NCBI GenBank assembly: GCA_964016885.1 | Contig: OZ024747.1 | Location: 51,894,001-51,958,000 of the forward strand | Direction of reading: 5' to 3' | DNA from: Eledone cirrhosa | Taxonomy: Eukaryota | Length of the DNA stretch: 64,000 nt | Part shown: one piece after another, positions 1-11,902 of the stretch | Numbering within the stretch: the stretch's first letter is position 1 | How the letters are laid out: every line of letters starts with the position of its first letter | Made by a program: the position numbers and the translations under genes | Notes under the pieces: model-generated | Told to the model about the DNA's origin: nothing | What the model saw: only the letters and a program-made list of their open reading frames with translations | Database searches by the model: none

Positions 1-822
1 GGTGGAGGGTGGCAGTGTCTATGACTGTGGTGGTGGTGGAGGGTGGCAGTGGTTGTGGTGGTGGTGGTGGTGGTGGTGGTGGTGGTGGAGGGTGGCAGCG
101 GCTATGACTGTGGTGGTGGTGGAGGGTGGTGGTGGAGGGTGGTGGTGGAGGGTGGCAGCGGCTATGACTGTGGTGGTGGTGGTGGTGGTGGTGGAGGGTG
201 GCAGTGTCTATGACTGTGGTGGTGGTGGAGGGTGGCAGTGGTTGTGGTGGTGGTGGTGGTGGAGGGTGGCAGCGGCTATGACTGTGGTGGTGGTGGAGGG
301 TGGCAGTGGTTGTGGTGGTGGTGGTGGTGGTGGTGGTGAAGGGTGGCAGTGTCTATGACTGTGGTGGTGGCGGAGGGTGGCAGTGGTTGTGGTGGTGGTG
401 GTGGTGGTGGCGGAGGGTGGCAGTGGTTGTGGTGGTGGTGGTGGTGGTGGCGCAGGGTGGCAGTGGTTGTGGTGGTGGTGGTGGTGGTGGCGGAGGGTGG
501 CAGTGGTTGTGGTAGTGGCGGAGGGTGGCAGTGGTTGTGGTGGTGGTGGTGGCGGAGGGTGGCAGTGGTTGTGGTGGTGGTGGAGGGTGGCAGTGTCTAT
601 GACTGTGGTGGTGGCGGAGGGTGGCAGTGGTTGTGGTGGTGGTGGTGGTGGTGGTGGAGGGTGGCAGCGGCTATGACTGTGGTGGTGGTGGAGGGTGGCA
701 GTGGTTGTGGTGGTGGTGGTGGTGGTGGAGGGTGGAAGTGGTTGTGGTGATGGTGGTGGTGGTGGTGGAGGGTGGCAGTGTCTATGACTGTGGTGGTGAC
801 GGAGGGTGGCAGTGGTTGTAGT

Positions 823-853
<31 letters not shown>

Positions 854-937
854 GATAGTGGGGAGGGTAAAGGTGGGGGTTGGTGGAGAATGTGGGGAGG
901 GCAGTGGGGAGTGGTGGTGGAGGCTGTGGGGAGGGGT
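1..937. repeat. (GGT)n-based low-complexity minisatellite with recurring GGAGGGTGGCAGTG motif
   Basis: Directly visible; the overlapping poly-G/V/W ORFs are artefacts. Confidence 0.9.
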
Positions 938-1224
938 GATCATTTTAAATTTATTCTCTGCTATTTTCAGGATCGATTTCAGCTGGAAGCCGACTCTCAC
1001 AACAATGGTGTTCAATACTTCTTTCTCTTCTTTTTATTTACTTCTTCTTTTGTTGTTTTTGTTTGCTTTGTTTTTCTTTCTTATTGTTTCTTAGTTTTTA
1101 TTATTTTATTTTTCTTTTGTTTTCTCTTTTCTTTTCTTTTTTTTGTTTTGTTTCGACGTAAAATTTAATAAAAATCCCCGTAAATTAACACTAACAGACA
1201 TATCTCATTCTGTGGCATGTTTCA

Positions 1225-1733
1225 TTGTTGTTGGTGATGATGATTGCGGAGGCGGGGGAGGGGGTTAGTGGTGAGAGTGGTGAGGGAGGAGTGGTGGTTG
1301 TGGTGGTGGTAGTGATGGTGGTAGTGGTGGTTGTGGTGGTATGGTTGTGGTGGTGGTGGTGGTGGTGGAAATGGTGCTGATGGTGGGAGTGGCGGTTGTG
1401 TGTGTGAGTGTGTGTGTGGGGGGTCCATGGTGGTCGTGGTGGTAGTGATGGTTGATGTGGTGGTGGTGGTGGTGGTATGGTTGTGGTGGTGGTGGTGGTG
1501 TGGTTGTGGTGGTGGTGGTGGTGGTGGTGGTGGTGGTGGTGGAAATGGTGGTGATGGTGGGAGTGGCGGTTGTGTGTGTGAGTGTGTGTGTGGGGGTCCA
1601 TGGTGGTGGTGGTGGTAGTGATGGTTGATGTGGTGGTGGTGGTGGTATGGTGGTGGTGGTGGTGGTGGTGGTGGTGGTGGTGGTGGTGGTGGTGGTGGTG
1701 GTGGAAATGGTGGTGATGGTGGGAGTGGCGGTT

Positions 1734-1764
<31 letters not shown>

Positions 1765-2260
1765 TCGTGGTGGTTGTGGTGGTAGTGATGGTTGATGTGG
1801 TGGTAGTGGTGGTGTTGGTGGTGGTGGTGGTGGTGGTGTGGTGGGGTTGGTATGGGTGCGGTGGTGGTGGCGTTGGCGGTGTGTGTGTGTTTGGTAATGG
1901 TGGACATGGTGGTTGTCGTGGTGGTTATCGTGGTAGTGGTGGTGGTGTTCATGCTGGTTGTGGTGGTGGTGATGGTTGGTGTGGTGGTGGTGTTGGTGGT
2001 AGTGGTGGTGTTGGTGGTGGTGGTGGTGGTATGGTTGTTGTGGTGGTGGTTGTGGTGGGAATGGTGGTGATGGTTGTGGTTGTGGTGGTGGTGTTGGTGG
2101 TGTTGATGGTAGTGGTGGTGGTGGTGGTTGTGGAGGTGGCAGTGGTGGCGGTAATAGAGGTGGTGCTGAAGGTGATTGTGGTTGTGTTGTTGGTGATAAT
2201 GATTGTGGTGTGGAAGATGGTGGTAGTGGAGACGCTTGTGGTGTTTATGTGGAGGTTTTA
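1225..2260. repeat. (GGT)n/GT-rich low-complexity tract with internal duplications
   Basis: GGT runs; block ggaaatggtg..gatggtgggagtggcggttgtgtgtg occurs three times. Confidence 0.85.
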
Positions 2261-2270
2261 TTAGGGTTTG

Positions 2271-2416
2271 TTAATTGTTGTTGCTGCGAATGTAGTGGTG
2301 GTGGCGAGTGTATTCAGGATTTTCAGCAAAGGTTGTTGTTGCTGTTGTCTTACTATTGTGGTTGTTGTAACCTCTGATTGTATTGCTACCGTTCATGTTG
2401 TTCTTTAGCCCCAGGT
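2271..2416 (-). CDS. Possible terminal coding exon (xLGLKNNMNG...FAENPEYTRHHHYIRSNNN*)
   Basis: Pyrimidine tract ttttgtttctttctcctcattatggcag precedes it; open to TAA in phase 1; NPxY motif. No partner exon identified. Confidence 0.25.
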
Positions 2417-2520
2417 CTGCCATAATGAGGAGAAAGAAACAAAATTTATTCAACAAATTTCAATTTGATTATATGTTTGCATGAGAAAAAAGAATTAAAA
2501 AAGCGAAACTAAAGGAAAGA

Positions 2521-3995
2521 AGGGAAGGTGCGGCAGACTCTAAACCCCAGACTATCCATTATATCACAGCATTTCCACGGAGAACAGCCAGCAACACCTG
2601 CTACCTCAGGGAAGGAGCGGCAGACTCTAAACCCCAGACTATCCATTATATCACAGCATTTCCACGGAGAACAGCCAGCAACACCTGCTACCTCAAGGAA
2701 GGAGCGGCAGACTCTAAACCCCAGACTATCCAGTATATCACAGCATTTCCACGGAGAACAGCCAGCAACACCTGCTACCTCAGGGAAGGAGCGGCAGACT
2801 CTAAACCCCAGACTATCCATTATATCACAGCATTTCCACGGAGAACAGCCAGCAACACCTGCTACCTCAGGGAAGGAGCGGCAGACTCTAAACCCCAGAC
2901 TATCCATTATATCACAGCATTTCCACGGAGAACAGCCAGCAACACCTGCTACCTCAGGGAAGGAGCGGCAGACTCTAAACCCCAGACTATCCAGTATATC
3001 ACAGCATTTCCACGGAGAACAGCTAACAACACCTGCTACCTCAGGGAAGGAGCGGCAGACTCTAAACCCCAGACTATCCAGTATATCAAGCATTTCCACG
3101 GAGAACAGCCAGCAACACCTGCTACCTCAGGGAAGGAGCGGCAGACTCTAAACCCCAGACTATCCATTATATCACAGCATTTCCACGGAGAACAGCTAAC
3201 AACACCTGCTACCTCAGGGAAGGAGCGGCAGACTCTAAACCCCAGACTATCCAGTATATCACAGCATTTCCACGGAGAACAGCTAACAACACCTGCTACC
3301 TCAAGGAAGGAGCGGCAGACTCTAAACCCCAGACTATCCAGTATATCAAGCATTTCCACGGAGAACAGCTAACAACACCTGCTACCTCAAGGAAGGAGCG
3401 GCAGACTCTAAACCCCAGACTATCCAGTATATCACAGCATTTCCACGGAGAACAGCTAACAACACCTGCTACCTCAGGGAAGGAGCGGCAGACTCTAAAC
3501 CCCAGACTATCCAGTATATCACAGCATTTCCACGGAGAACAGCTAACAACACCTGCTACCTCAGGGAAGGAGCGGCAGACTCTAAACCCCAGACTATCCA
3601 GTATATCAAGCATTTCCACGGAGAACAGCTAACAACACCTGCTACCTCAGGGAAGGAGCGGCAGACTCTAAACCCCAGACTATCCAGTATATCAAGCATT
3701 TCCACGGAGAACAGCCAGCAACACCTGCTACCTCAGGAAAGGTGCGGCAGACTCTAAACCCCAGACTATCCAGTATATCAAGCATTTCCACGGAGAACAG
3801 CTAACATCACCTGCTACCTCAGGAAAGGTGCGGCAGACTCTAAACCCCAGACTATCCAGTATATCAAGCATTTCCACGGAGAACAGCTAACAACACCTGC
3901 TACCTCAAGGAAGGAGCGGCAGACTCTAAACCCCAGACTATCCAGTATATCACAGCATTTCCACGGAGGACAGCCAGCAATACTTTCTACCTCAG
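2521..3995. repeat. Tandem array, 87-bp unit (some 86 bp), about 17 copies
   Basis: Unit agggaaggagcggcagactctaaaccccagactatcca...acctgctacctc; 29-aa periodicity in the ORF track. Confidence 0.95.
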
Positions 3996-4744
3996 CCATT
4001 CCACATCTCGGGGTTCCTTCCTCAGGCGGGGTGAACTCCTACCCATTTTACTTAGGAAAACGGCAGTTCAGGAATCGAGCACACCAGAAGTCGTGACGGT
4101 ACCTGGCACATAAAGGAAGTGATATATGAAACCTTGGTATTCGGCTGTCTTCCTTTACTTGTGGCCGAAGGGACAAGTTTGGGTGGCGAGAATCTGTCGC
4201 AGCACGTGGAGTCCCAGATTAGAAATTTACCTGCTTCGAACGGGGAGATGATTATCTAGCCTGGTCACTTTCCATCATCACGGCTGAAGGTGGCAGGCTT
4301 GAGTTGTAACAGAAAACAGATCGTATCAAGCCTCCGTAATTGAATGGAATTATTTTTCAAAGATGTTCACAATTCATGCCCAGACCACTTAATTTTTCTT
4401 TATTCAATAAGTCCATCTCGTTTACATTTTCAACATTTTTGTTTTAATTTGAAGTCGATTTTACTTTTCTTTCTAGCAGACTGAGCTAAGACGTAGAGAC
4501 ATGCGTTGACACAGTTTTCTCTCCTTCCAACTATTACACCCTAGATGTTCCGTTGGACATGCGACTGTTACATACTACTAAATCATATTCGATTGTTTAG
4601 TAAACAGAAGTCTGGTGTGCTTTTGGTTCCAGAGTCGGGTCCGATCAGTAGAGATCGAACCATAAGATGATAAATCGCGAAATGCGCGTCATAACTGAAT
4701 AAACTTAATGAAAATTTGACACCACGTCCATATTATTATTAAGT

Positions 4745-4930
4745 GAATTGGCAGTATCGGTAGAGGGTCGGACGCCATGCTGCTTTGCAACATATTTAGG
4801 TCCCTTTACGGTCTGCGTTCAAATCCCGTCGAGGTTAACTTTGCCTTTCATCTTTACGGGGTCGATAAAATAAAGTACCAGTAATGCACTGGTATAATTG
4901 CTGGCCTCGTGCTAAAAGTAGAAACAATTA
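4745..4930 (+). mobile_element. tRNA-derived CORE-type SINE (octopus OR-like)
   Basis: A-box-like TGGCAGTATCGG, B-box-like GTTCAAATCC, core gcctttcatc.ttacggggtcgataaaataaagtaccag, AT-rich tail; many copies in the window. Confidence 0.85.
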
Positions 4931-4985
4931 TTAATTATGTAGATATATATATATACATATATATATATATATGTGTGTGTGTGCG

Positions 4986-5059
<74 letters not shown>

Positions 5060-5061
<2 letters not shown>

Positions 5062-5895
5062 AACAAATAGTAGAAAGGAAAAATATTTTTTCAGTAGTAA
5101 ATGTTGAAGAGATTCTTTCAGTGAAATATATCAAAACATTAATTTATTTACAATACCGGTTTCAGCATTATATACATTGTCAATTGCGGATATGCAAAAT
5201 ATTGTTAAGTTGCATATTCGTACAAATACTGATAATAATTGTTTCTACTTTAGGCACAAGGCCAGCAATTACTCAGTGCATTACTGGTACTTTTATTTTA
5301 TCGACCCCGTAAGGATGAAAGGCAAAGTCAACCTCGGCGGGATTTGAACTCAGATCGTAAAGGGACGTAACTATGCTGGAAAACATGGCGTCCGACCCTC
5401 TACCGATACTGCCAATCCACCGCCCTTGATAATAATAATAATAATAAAAAGGGGAAGAAAATTAATTTTCACATACATGTTCATTCTGAGAAGAGAGTCC
5501 ATTTCTCTGTCCATCCTTCTCTGTTAATAAAATACCATTATTATTATTATTGGATTGGCAGTATCGGTAGAGGGTCTGACGCCATGCCATGCCCTTTACG
5601 ATCTGAGTTCAAATCCCGCCGTGGTTAACTTTGCCTTTCATCCTTACGGGGTCGATAAAATAATGTACCAGTAATGTACTGGGTTATTGCTGGCCTTGTG
5701 CCTAAAGTAGAAACAATTATTATCAGTATCTGTACGAATATGCAACTTAACAATATTTTGCATATCCACAATTGATAATGTATATAATGCTGAAACCGAT
5801 ATTGTAAATAAATTAATGTTTTGATATCTCACTGAAAAAATATCTTCAACATTTTCTACTGAAATAATCTTTTTCCTTTCTACTATTTGTTTTTA
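5060..5895. repeat. Long inverted repeat (arms about 5060-5425 and 5550-5895); each arm holds a decayed HHR-like motif and a SINE
   Basis: Arms are reverse complements, including the SINE junction; GAAACCGGTA/GAAACCGATA motif. Confidence 0.8.
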
Positions 5896-6129
5896 TTATT
5901 ATCAACTCGTGTGTTACTTTTCTACATTCAATATATATATATATATATATATATCGAATGTAGAAAAGTAACACACGAGTTGATATATATATATATATAT
6001 ATATATAGCGTAACTCTTTCCTGCAAAGCATAGCTTCTGACCCTCTACCGAAACTGCCAATCCACTGTCGGAGCGGCTTGAGCTCTGTCGTCGGGGTCAT
6101 ACTTTTTCCTATATATATATATATATATA

Positions 6130-6340
6130 ATTTCTACTATAGGAACAAGGCCAGCAATTTTGGGAGATGGTAAAAGTCGATTAAATCGATCCCAGTGTAT
6201 TACTGGTGCTTCATTTTATCAACCCCGTAAGGATGAAAGGCTAACCTCGATGGGATTTGAACTCCGAACGTAACCTCAGAACGTAAACTCTATGCTGCAA
6301 AACATGGTGTCCGACGCTCTACCGTTTCTACCAATCTACA
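6130..6340 (-). mobile_element. OR-like SINE, long form
   Basis: Reverse complement of the window's SINE consensus, with the gtcgatttaatcgac segment. Confidence 0.8.
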
Positions 6341-7217
6341 ATATAGGTTTATCAATAGCAAATAAGTATCATAATATTCCATGTGTGTGTGTGTGTGAGG
6401 TGACAGCTGGAACATCTTTAGACCAGAGGCTGGAGAGTCACAGAATGTCACCATACGGTGTAGCTGAATGGTGTCTCTCTCTGGATGCTCTCTAAAGGTA
6501 AATCTCTAGTTCGTGAATCTCCACACAATTTCATTCTCTCCGGGTTCCATCCAAGTGTATGGATGAGAAATGCTGACGGTTCCATATTCAGTATCACCGT
6601 GGAATTTCACCACATGACGCGGGATTGAAAAGCGGATTTCTCTTCAATCACATTAATGAATAGGAAAAATAGTTGATATATTACTAAGTTGACTTATACA
6701 GCTGCAAACCTGTGTGAGTATGTGTGAGTGTATGTGGGGCATGTGTGTGTGTGTGTGTGTGTGTGTATCTGTGTTTGTTTATCTGAGCTTGTGACTGTGT
6801 TTAACTCTGTCTGTGTGAGTGAGGGTGTATATGAATATTTCTACGTGTGCGTGTGTGTGTGTGTGTATGTGTGTGTATGTGTGTGTGTGTGTATCTGTGT
6901 TTGTTTATCTGAGCTTGTGACTGTGTTTAACACTCTGTCTGTGTGAGTATATGAATATTTCTACATGTGTATTTATAAAAGATGACAAATCTCTTTTCCA
7001 ATCAGGAATCTAATATATCCGACGCTTATGTCCGGATAGCTGGATACCTGATCAGAAATTGAACTCAGTCACATGGTATTGATTGGCCTGCTAACGAACA
7101 CAACGAATTCTCTGCTGCGGAAATGAACTCCTGACCTCTGCCTGACTCGTCTCTTGCAGTTTCCATTTGCTTTTAAAATTTGTATGTTATTTAGTATGTA
7201 TGTATGCGTGTGTGACT

Positions 7218-7305
<88 letters not shown>

Positions 7306-8014
7306 ATGTACGTTTGTGTGAGAATATGTTTATATATATACACATTGTTATATGTTTGTTTGCATATGTGTATGTTTGCTCATTTATACAACATCTCTGC
7401 ATGTATGCATATATAAGCGCGCGTGTGTGTGTGTGTATGTGTGTGTGGGGGGGGGGGGTTCTGTCTGTGTGTACTTGTTTATATATGTGTGTTTGTGTTT
7501 GTGAGTATAAGTGATTATAACGTATGTAATTCGCACCTTTATATCTACATAATTAGATGTTTGAAATATAAATTTATTGAGACAGCATTTCCATGGATGC
7601 ATACTCACTCACACACACACAAGCACACCCACGCAAATACACACACATAGAGTAGAATGTAGGTATTGCAATGAGTTACTGGTGGACGGTTGAGCTCGTG
7701 CCGTTTGGACTCTAGCTTCATAAGTTTCGAGTACAAATCTGAACAATGGTCTTACTAGTCTAATCTAGTAATTCCAAATATATCAATTCAAGACGTAAAC
7801 GGATAAACAACAGAGGGAAACTCTACAAATTGTTATGCATGTATATATATAATATATATAGTAATAATTATAAGTATGTATACGTACATACATATATGTA
7901 TACAGACGTACAGTAGCATGTATATATATATACATACATGCACACATATATATATATATGTAGGTATGGATTCACCGAACATCGTTGCTCATTTCTTCAA
8001 CACTGACAAAGGAA

Positions 8015-8055
8015 CGCTGTACTAGTTTCAAGCTTATTAGCTATCGTCAGCAACG
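8015..8055 (-). ncRNA. Minimal type-I hammerhead ribozyme
   Basis: Minus strand reads CGTTG CTGACGA tAGC taataa GCTt GAAAC TA GTA CAGCG. Confidence 0.85.
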
Positions 8056-8158
8056 TATACATTCCTGCCAGATTTCAGCAAATTAGGCTGCTCAGCCGTT
8101 AATATGCATAAGGAAAGTATATACTTTCAGACGTTCAATCATCTGGCAGGAAGGTATA

Positions 8159-8199
8159 CGTTGCTGACGATAGCTAATATGCTTGAAACTAGTACAGCG
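8159..8199 (+). ncRNA. Minimal type-I hammerhead ribozyme
   Basis: CGTTG CTGACGA tAGC taatat GCTt GAAAC TA GTA^CAGCG; palindromic stem III ACTAGT; predicted cut after 8194. Confidence 0.85.
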
Positions 8200-8817
8200 T
8201 TCCTTTGTCAGTGTTGAACAAATGAGCAACGATGGTCGCTAGACACTGTACGGCTTAATTCGGGATGTTTGTTTACAAACACACCGAGCATTACAATAAA
8301 TGTTTGGTGAATCCATACGTACATATATATATGTGTGCATATACTACTGTACATCTGTATACATATATGTATGTACGTATACATATTTATATTTAAGTAA
8401 CAGCCGTACTAAGAGTGAGAAATGAAATTTCGTTTCATTTTTTCCGTTTATAGTAATAATAATAAATTTGAAGACTAAAATCCAAAGAGTGCTCGATAAG
8501 GATAAATATATATCAAATATATAGAAGATCCCGTTAAGGGTGAAAGCAGCGATTCTTTGCTTAAACTTCAATCTGTTATTTTAATAAATATAATATATAT
8601 ATATACACTTGGGGAGGGCATAATGTTGTAATAATATTGCCGGAATTAATAACAGAACACACTCACTGTTTGGTTGGTTTTCGCTTCTGTATCTTTTATA
8701 TCAGTTAATTTATTCGGTCCTCAATGTTTACCATTGACTGACCAACGGTCAAAAATACAGATATAATATCGACATAAACACATATATATATAGTCTAACA
8801 AAGTTCTTTCGTTGCAC

Positions 8818-8851
<34 letters not shown>

Positions 8852-8854
8852 AGA

Positions 8855-9470
8855 GGCAAAGAAAATTTCAATGATACGAAAGGTTTCCTGGTGGAAGTTC
8901 AGGTGTACTCCGGGTTGGTATCCAGTTTCGGAGTGACAATCCAATCAGAGAATCCAACAAATTTTGAGAGGTCCACGTAAGCGTTGATATATATATACGT
9001 ATATGTATGTAAAAGTTAAACAGAAATAACAACACAATCGGTACAGTATATGGAAGGAATATATTAGGTTAACGCTTGATATAGCGGAAGAAAGAATGAG
9101 AAATAAAATAGATTGAAGGGACGGGCACAGGGCGGAATCGGAAAAAATATTTTTAGAGAAAAAAAACAGGAAACTGTTGGTTGAAGGTACTACGGTGGGA
9201 GTGAAAAATAGACGGGTGAGAAGAAGAAGGTGCTGTAAGAAGATTGTAGTAGAAGAAAAGTGATAGAGAATCGTAGAATATTCAAATGCAAGAAGCAAAG
9301 AAAATTTCAAACATACGAAAGATTTCCTGATGGAAGTTCAGGTGTTCTCAGGGTTGGTATCCAGTTTCGGGGTGAAAATCCAATTGGAAAATCCAACGAA
9401 TTTTGAGAGGTCCACGTAAGCGTTGATATATATATATATATGTATGTAAAAGGTAAACAGAAATAACAAC

Positions 9471-9475
<5 letters not shown>
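8855..9475 (-). mobile_element. PLE-type terminal-repeat fragment with ~180-bp direct repeat; ribozyme core deleted
   Basis: 8855-9035 recurs at 9295-9475; 9005-9150 is the reverse complement of about 41420-41600 without the HHR. Confidence 0.65.
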
Positions 9476-9518
<43 letters not shown>

Positions 9519-9528
9519 GGAAAAAAAA

Positions 9529-9565
9529 CCCCAGTTGATGGATGTGAATCCGAAATATATAGGGA
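9529..9565 (+). ncRNA. Decayed hammerhead-like motif
   Basis: CCC CAGTTGA tGGAT gtga ATCC GAAA TATATA GGG; stems intact, two substitutions in the core. Confidence 0.45.
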
Positions 9566-9772
9566 CTATTAAATCTCTCCCAAGGTAACTCTCTCTTGTG
9601 TTGTTATTTTTATTTTATCCTTTATACTCTTCCCTTCTTTCTTCTACACATTTACACATCTTTACACACCATGCATCTCAACGTATACCCATTTACATCT
9701 CTCTCTCCACCACCGGATCTTGTTACGCGGAGATTTACCCATTTGCATTGTCGAGGCTTCCAAACGACTTAA

Positions 9773-9820
<48 letters not shown>

Positions 9821-9877
9821 GAATGAAAGTATAGAAATTATTGTGAGCGTGAAGCCAACAGTATTTCACGATATATT

Positions 9878-9945
<68 letters not shown>

Positions 9946-10198
9946 TGGATATATTTACATTAAATATGTTACCAAACACTGTTAGTTATGTCATAATTTA
10001 ATTTACATATGTTTCATTCTCCTGGGATTCTTGGGAATTAACAAAGATGTAAATACATCGACAAGTTCATCACTTTCAGACTTCTATTTCAATTTTAATT
10101 GATTAGTTCACGCAGTAGTAGTACTTGATAGACCTCTATGCTAGTTCATGCACATGTACATCTGTGAGTGTGTGTATGCACACACACACACACACACG

Positions 10199-10242
<44 letters not shown>

Positions 10243-10282
10243 ATATTAACAAATGGAAACTATATTTATAAAACCATATTTA

Positions 10283-10344
10283 TTTCATTATACATATTTC
10301 AAGGGCCACCAAAGCAAACTATGGGTCACTTTCATCAGATAAAA
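10283..10344 (-). ncRNA. Type-I hammerhead ribozyme
   Basis: TTTTAT CTGATGA AAG...CTT GAAA TATGTA TA ATGAAA. Confidence 0.75.
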
Positions 10345-10483
10345 TATAATATAGGCTAGTTTTATAAATAAATATTGACATACCCTTAAAAAATGCAACC
10401 ATTCTGGTTGGAATCTCCTGGATAGTGATAGATATTGTTTAAGGGTATGACAATATTTATTTATAAAACTAACCTATATTATA

Positions 10484-10545
10484 TTTTATCTGATGAAAGC
10501 GCACCATAGTTTGCTTTGGTGGCCCTTGAAATATGTGTAAAGAAA
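10484..10545 (+). ncRNA. Type-I hammerhead ribozyme, partly decayed
   Basis: TTTTAT CTGATGA AAGcGCACCA...TGGTGgcCCTT GAAA TATGTGTA AAGAAA. Confidence 0.7.
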
Positions 10546-10999
10546 TAAATATGGTTTTATAAATATAGTTTCCAATAATTTGTTGAGTGATTTATATCAG
10601 TTATAAAAATATTTAGCTTGTTGTATCCCAACAAATTAAATATAACTTCTACATATATATATATATTCTGGATTATATTTGATAAACGTTTATAATAATA
10701 CATACACATAAACATCTGCAGGTGTATATATATGCAAGCATACAAACACATATATTCTGCATCGTGTGTGTGTGTTGTGGAGGTGTGTGTGTGTGTCTGT
10801 ATATACAGGTAGAGTAGGGAGAGCTACCAACTTCAAATTTATTGTTTTCCCTAAATAATTACTATAGCATGTGCTTTGATTCTGATGTAAAGTGTAATGA
10901 TAGATTCACTAACCCAACTCATTTATCATGTTCTTAATAATTTTGGTAGCTTTTACGTTTATGCGTGTATACGTGCATATATATATAAGGAACGATTGA

Positions 11000-11185
11000 T
11001 TTTCGTCAAATCGGACCGAGGAAACAATGTTCCCGCTGGTCTTTCCAATTGCTAGTACTAACTCTAGGTAGAAGGAGCAACGTGAAATAAAGTGTCTTGC
11101 TCAAGGACATAACGCATCACCTGGTCCGCGAATCGAACTCACAACCACACGATTGCGAATCAAATTCTCTAACCACTCAGCCACA
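11000..11185 (-). mobile_element. Second tRNA-derived SINE family
   Basis: Minus strand gtggctgagtggttaga...gagttcgattc...tgtccttgagcaagacacttta; older relatives near 38850-38960 and 49990-50100. Confidence 0.7.
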
Positions 11186-11820
11186 CGTGCATATATATAT
11201 TGACTGATATGTACGTGTGTTTGCTTGCGTGCGTATATAAGTGCGTGTGCAATTATATGAGTGGCTTTTCTACAAATGTATTATGTAAAAATCATTAAGA
11301 TTGCCTATGATTACAATACTGTTTTAATGTATAAACATTCGTTTGCCTGCCAGTGTAAATTAACTGTCAAGGTATACGAAGTAAATACTATTTCCTATGA
11401 TGACGATGCAGCTCTTTAAACCATAAACGTTCTATGGATTGTTGTGCATATCGAAGAGATGAACTTGTTGCGGTATTTATATCTTAATTAATTCTGAAGA
11501 GTCCCAGAAGGATGAAACATATATAGATGATATCATGATATAACTAACAGTGTTTGGTAACACATTTAATGTAAAAATTCGCTCTACTTGTGGATGAGCT
11601 AGCATATTAGGAATACATATTTATGATTTTTGAATTGTATGCAGCTCTGTGTACATTTTATCATGATAAATTATCGTATTTTGAGCTGATATAACTTTTT
11701 CGCCTACATCTTTCCAGTTTATATATTTAAATTTATATATATATATATATATGAACAGTTCTGTATGGCGCCAGTTCGCGATTTGAACTCGGGAATTTTA
11801 TATTCTCCGAGTGAGAAGAA

Positions 11821-11902
11821 CCCTCTGACGAAAGTCCTCTTCTCGATGAATTTCTGCATGGATTATCCATTTATTTTGAGACTTGAAACTGCGCGGTAAG
11901 GG
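11821..11902 (+). ncRNA. Type-I hammerhead ribozyme with large stem-II loop
   Basis: CCCT CTGACGA AAGTC...GACTT GAAAC TGCGCG GTA^AGGG. Confidence 0.8.

Larger units (their letters stand above)
7875..8450. mobile_element. Fold-back non-autonomous PLE-type terminal-repeat element, family A
   Basis: Inverted arms about 7875-8072 and 8141-8385 plus unique tail; second family member at 60430-60930. Confidence 0.75.
10254..10660. mobile_element. Fold-back HHR element, family B
   Basis: Inverted arms about 10254-10394 and 10435-10574, then a tail shared with 29750-29840, 60225-60330 and 61060-61160; flanked by (TA)n. Confidence 0.8.

Noticed and set aside
969-1010. Plus-strand micro-exon after ttattctctgctattttcag
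   Set aside because: Good acceptor but weak donor, no recognisable peptide and no partner exons
1-2264. Poly-Gly/Val/Trp/His/Thr ORFs
   Set aside because: Translations of GGT low-complexity DNA, open in several frames on both strands
4745-4830. tRNA gene
   Set aside because: A and B boxes are present but there is no cloverleaf; it is the head of a multi-copy SINE
11490-11530. HHR-like CTGAAGA gTCC cagaa GGAt GAAAC
   Set aside because: Core and stem II are present but stems I and III are poorly supported; probably decayed, so not listed as a feature
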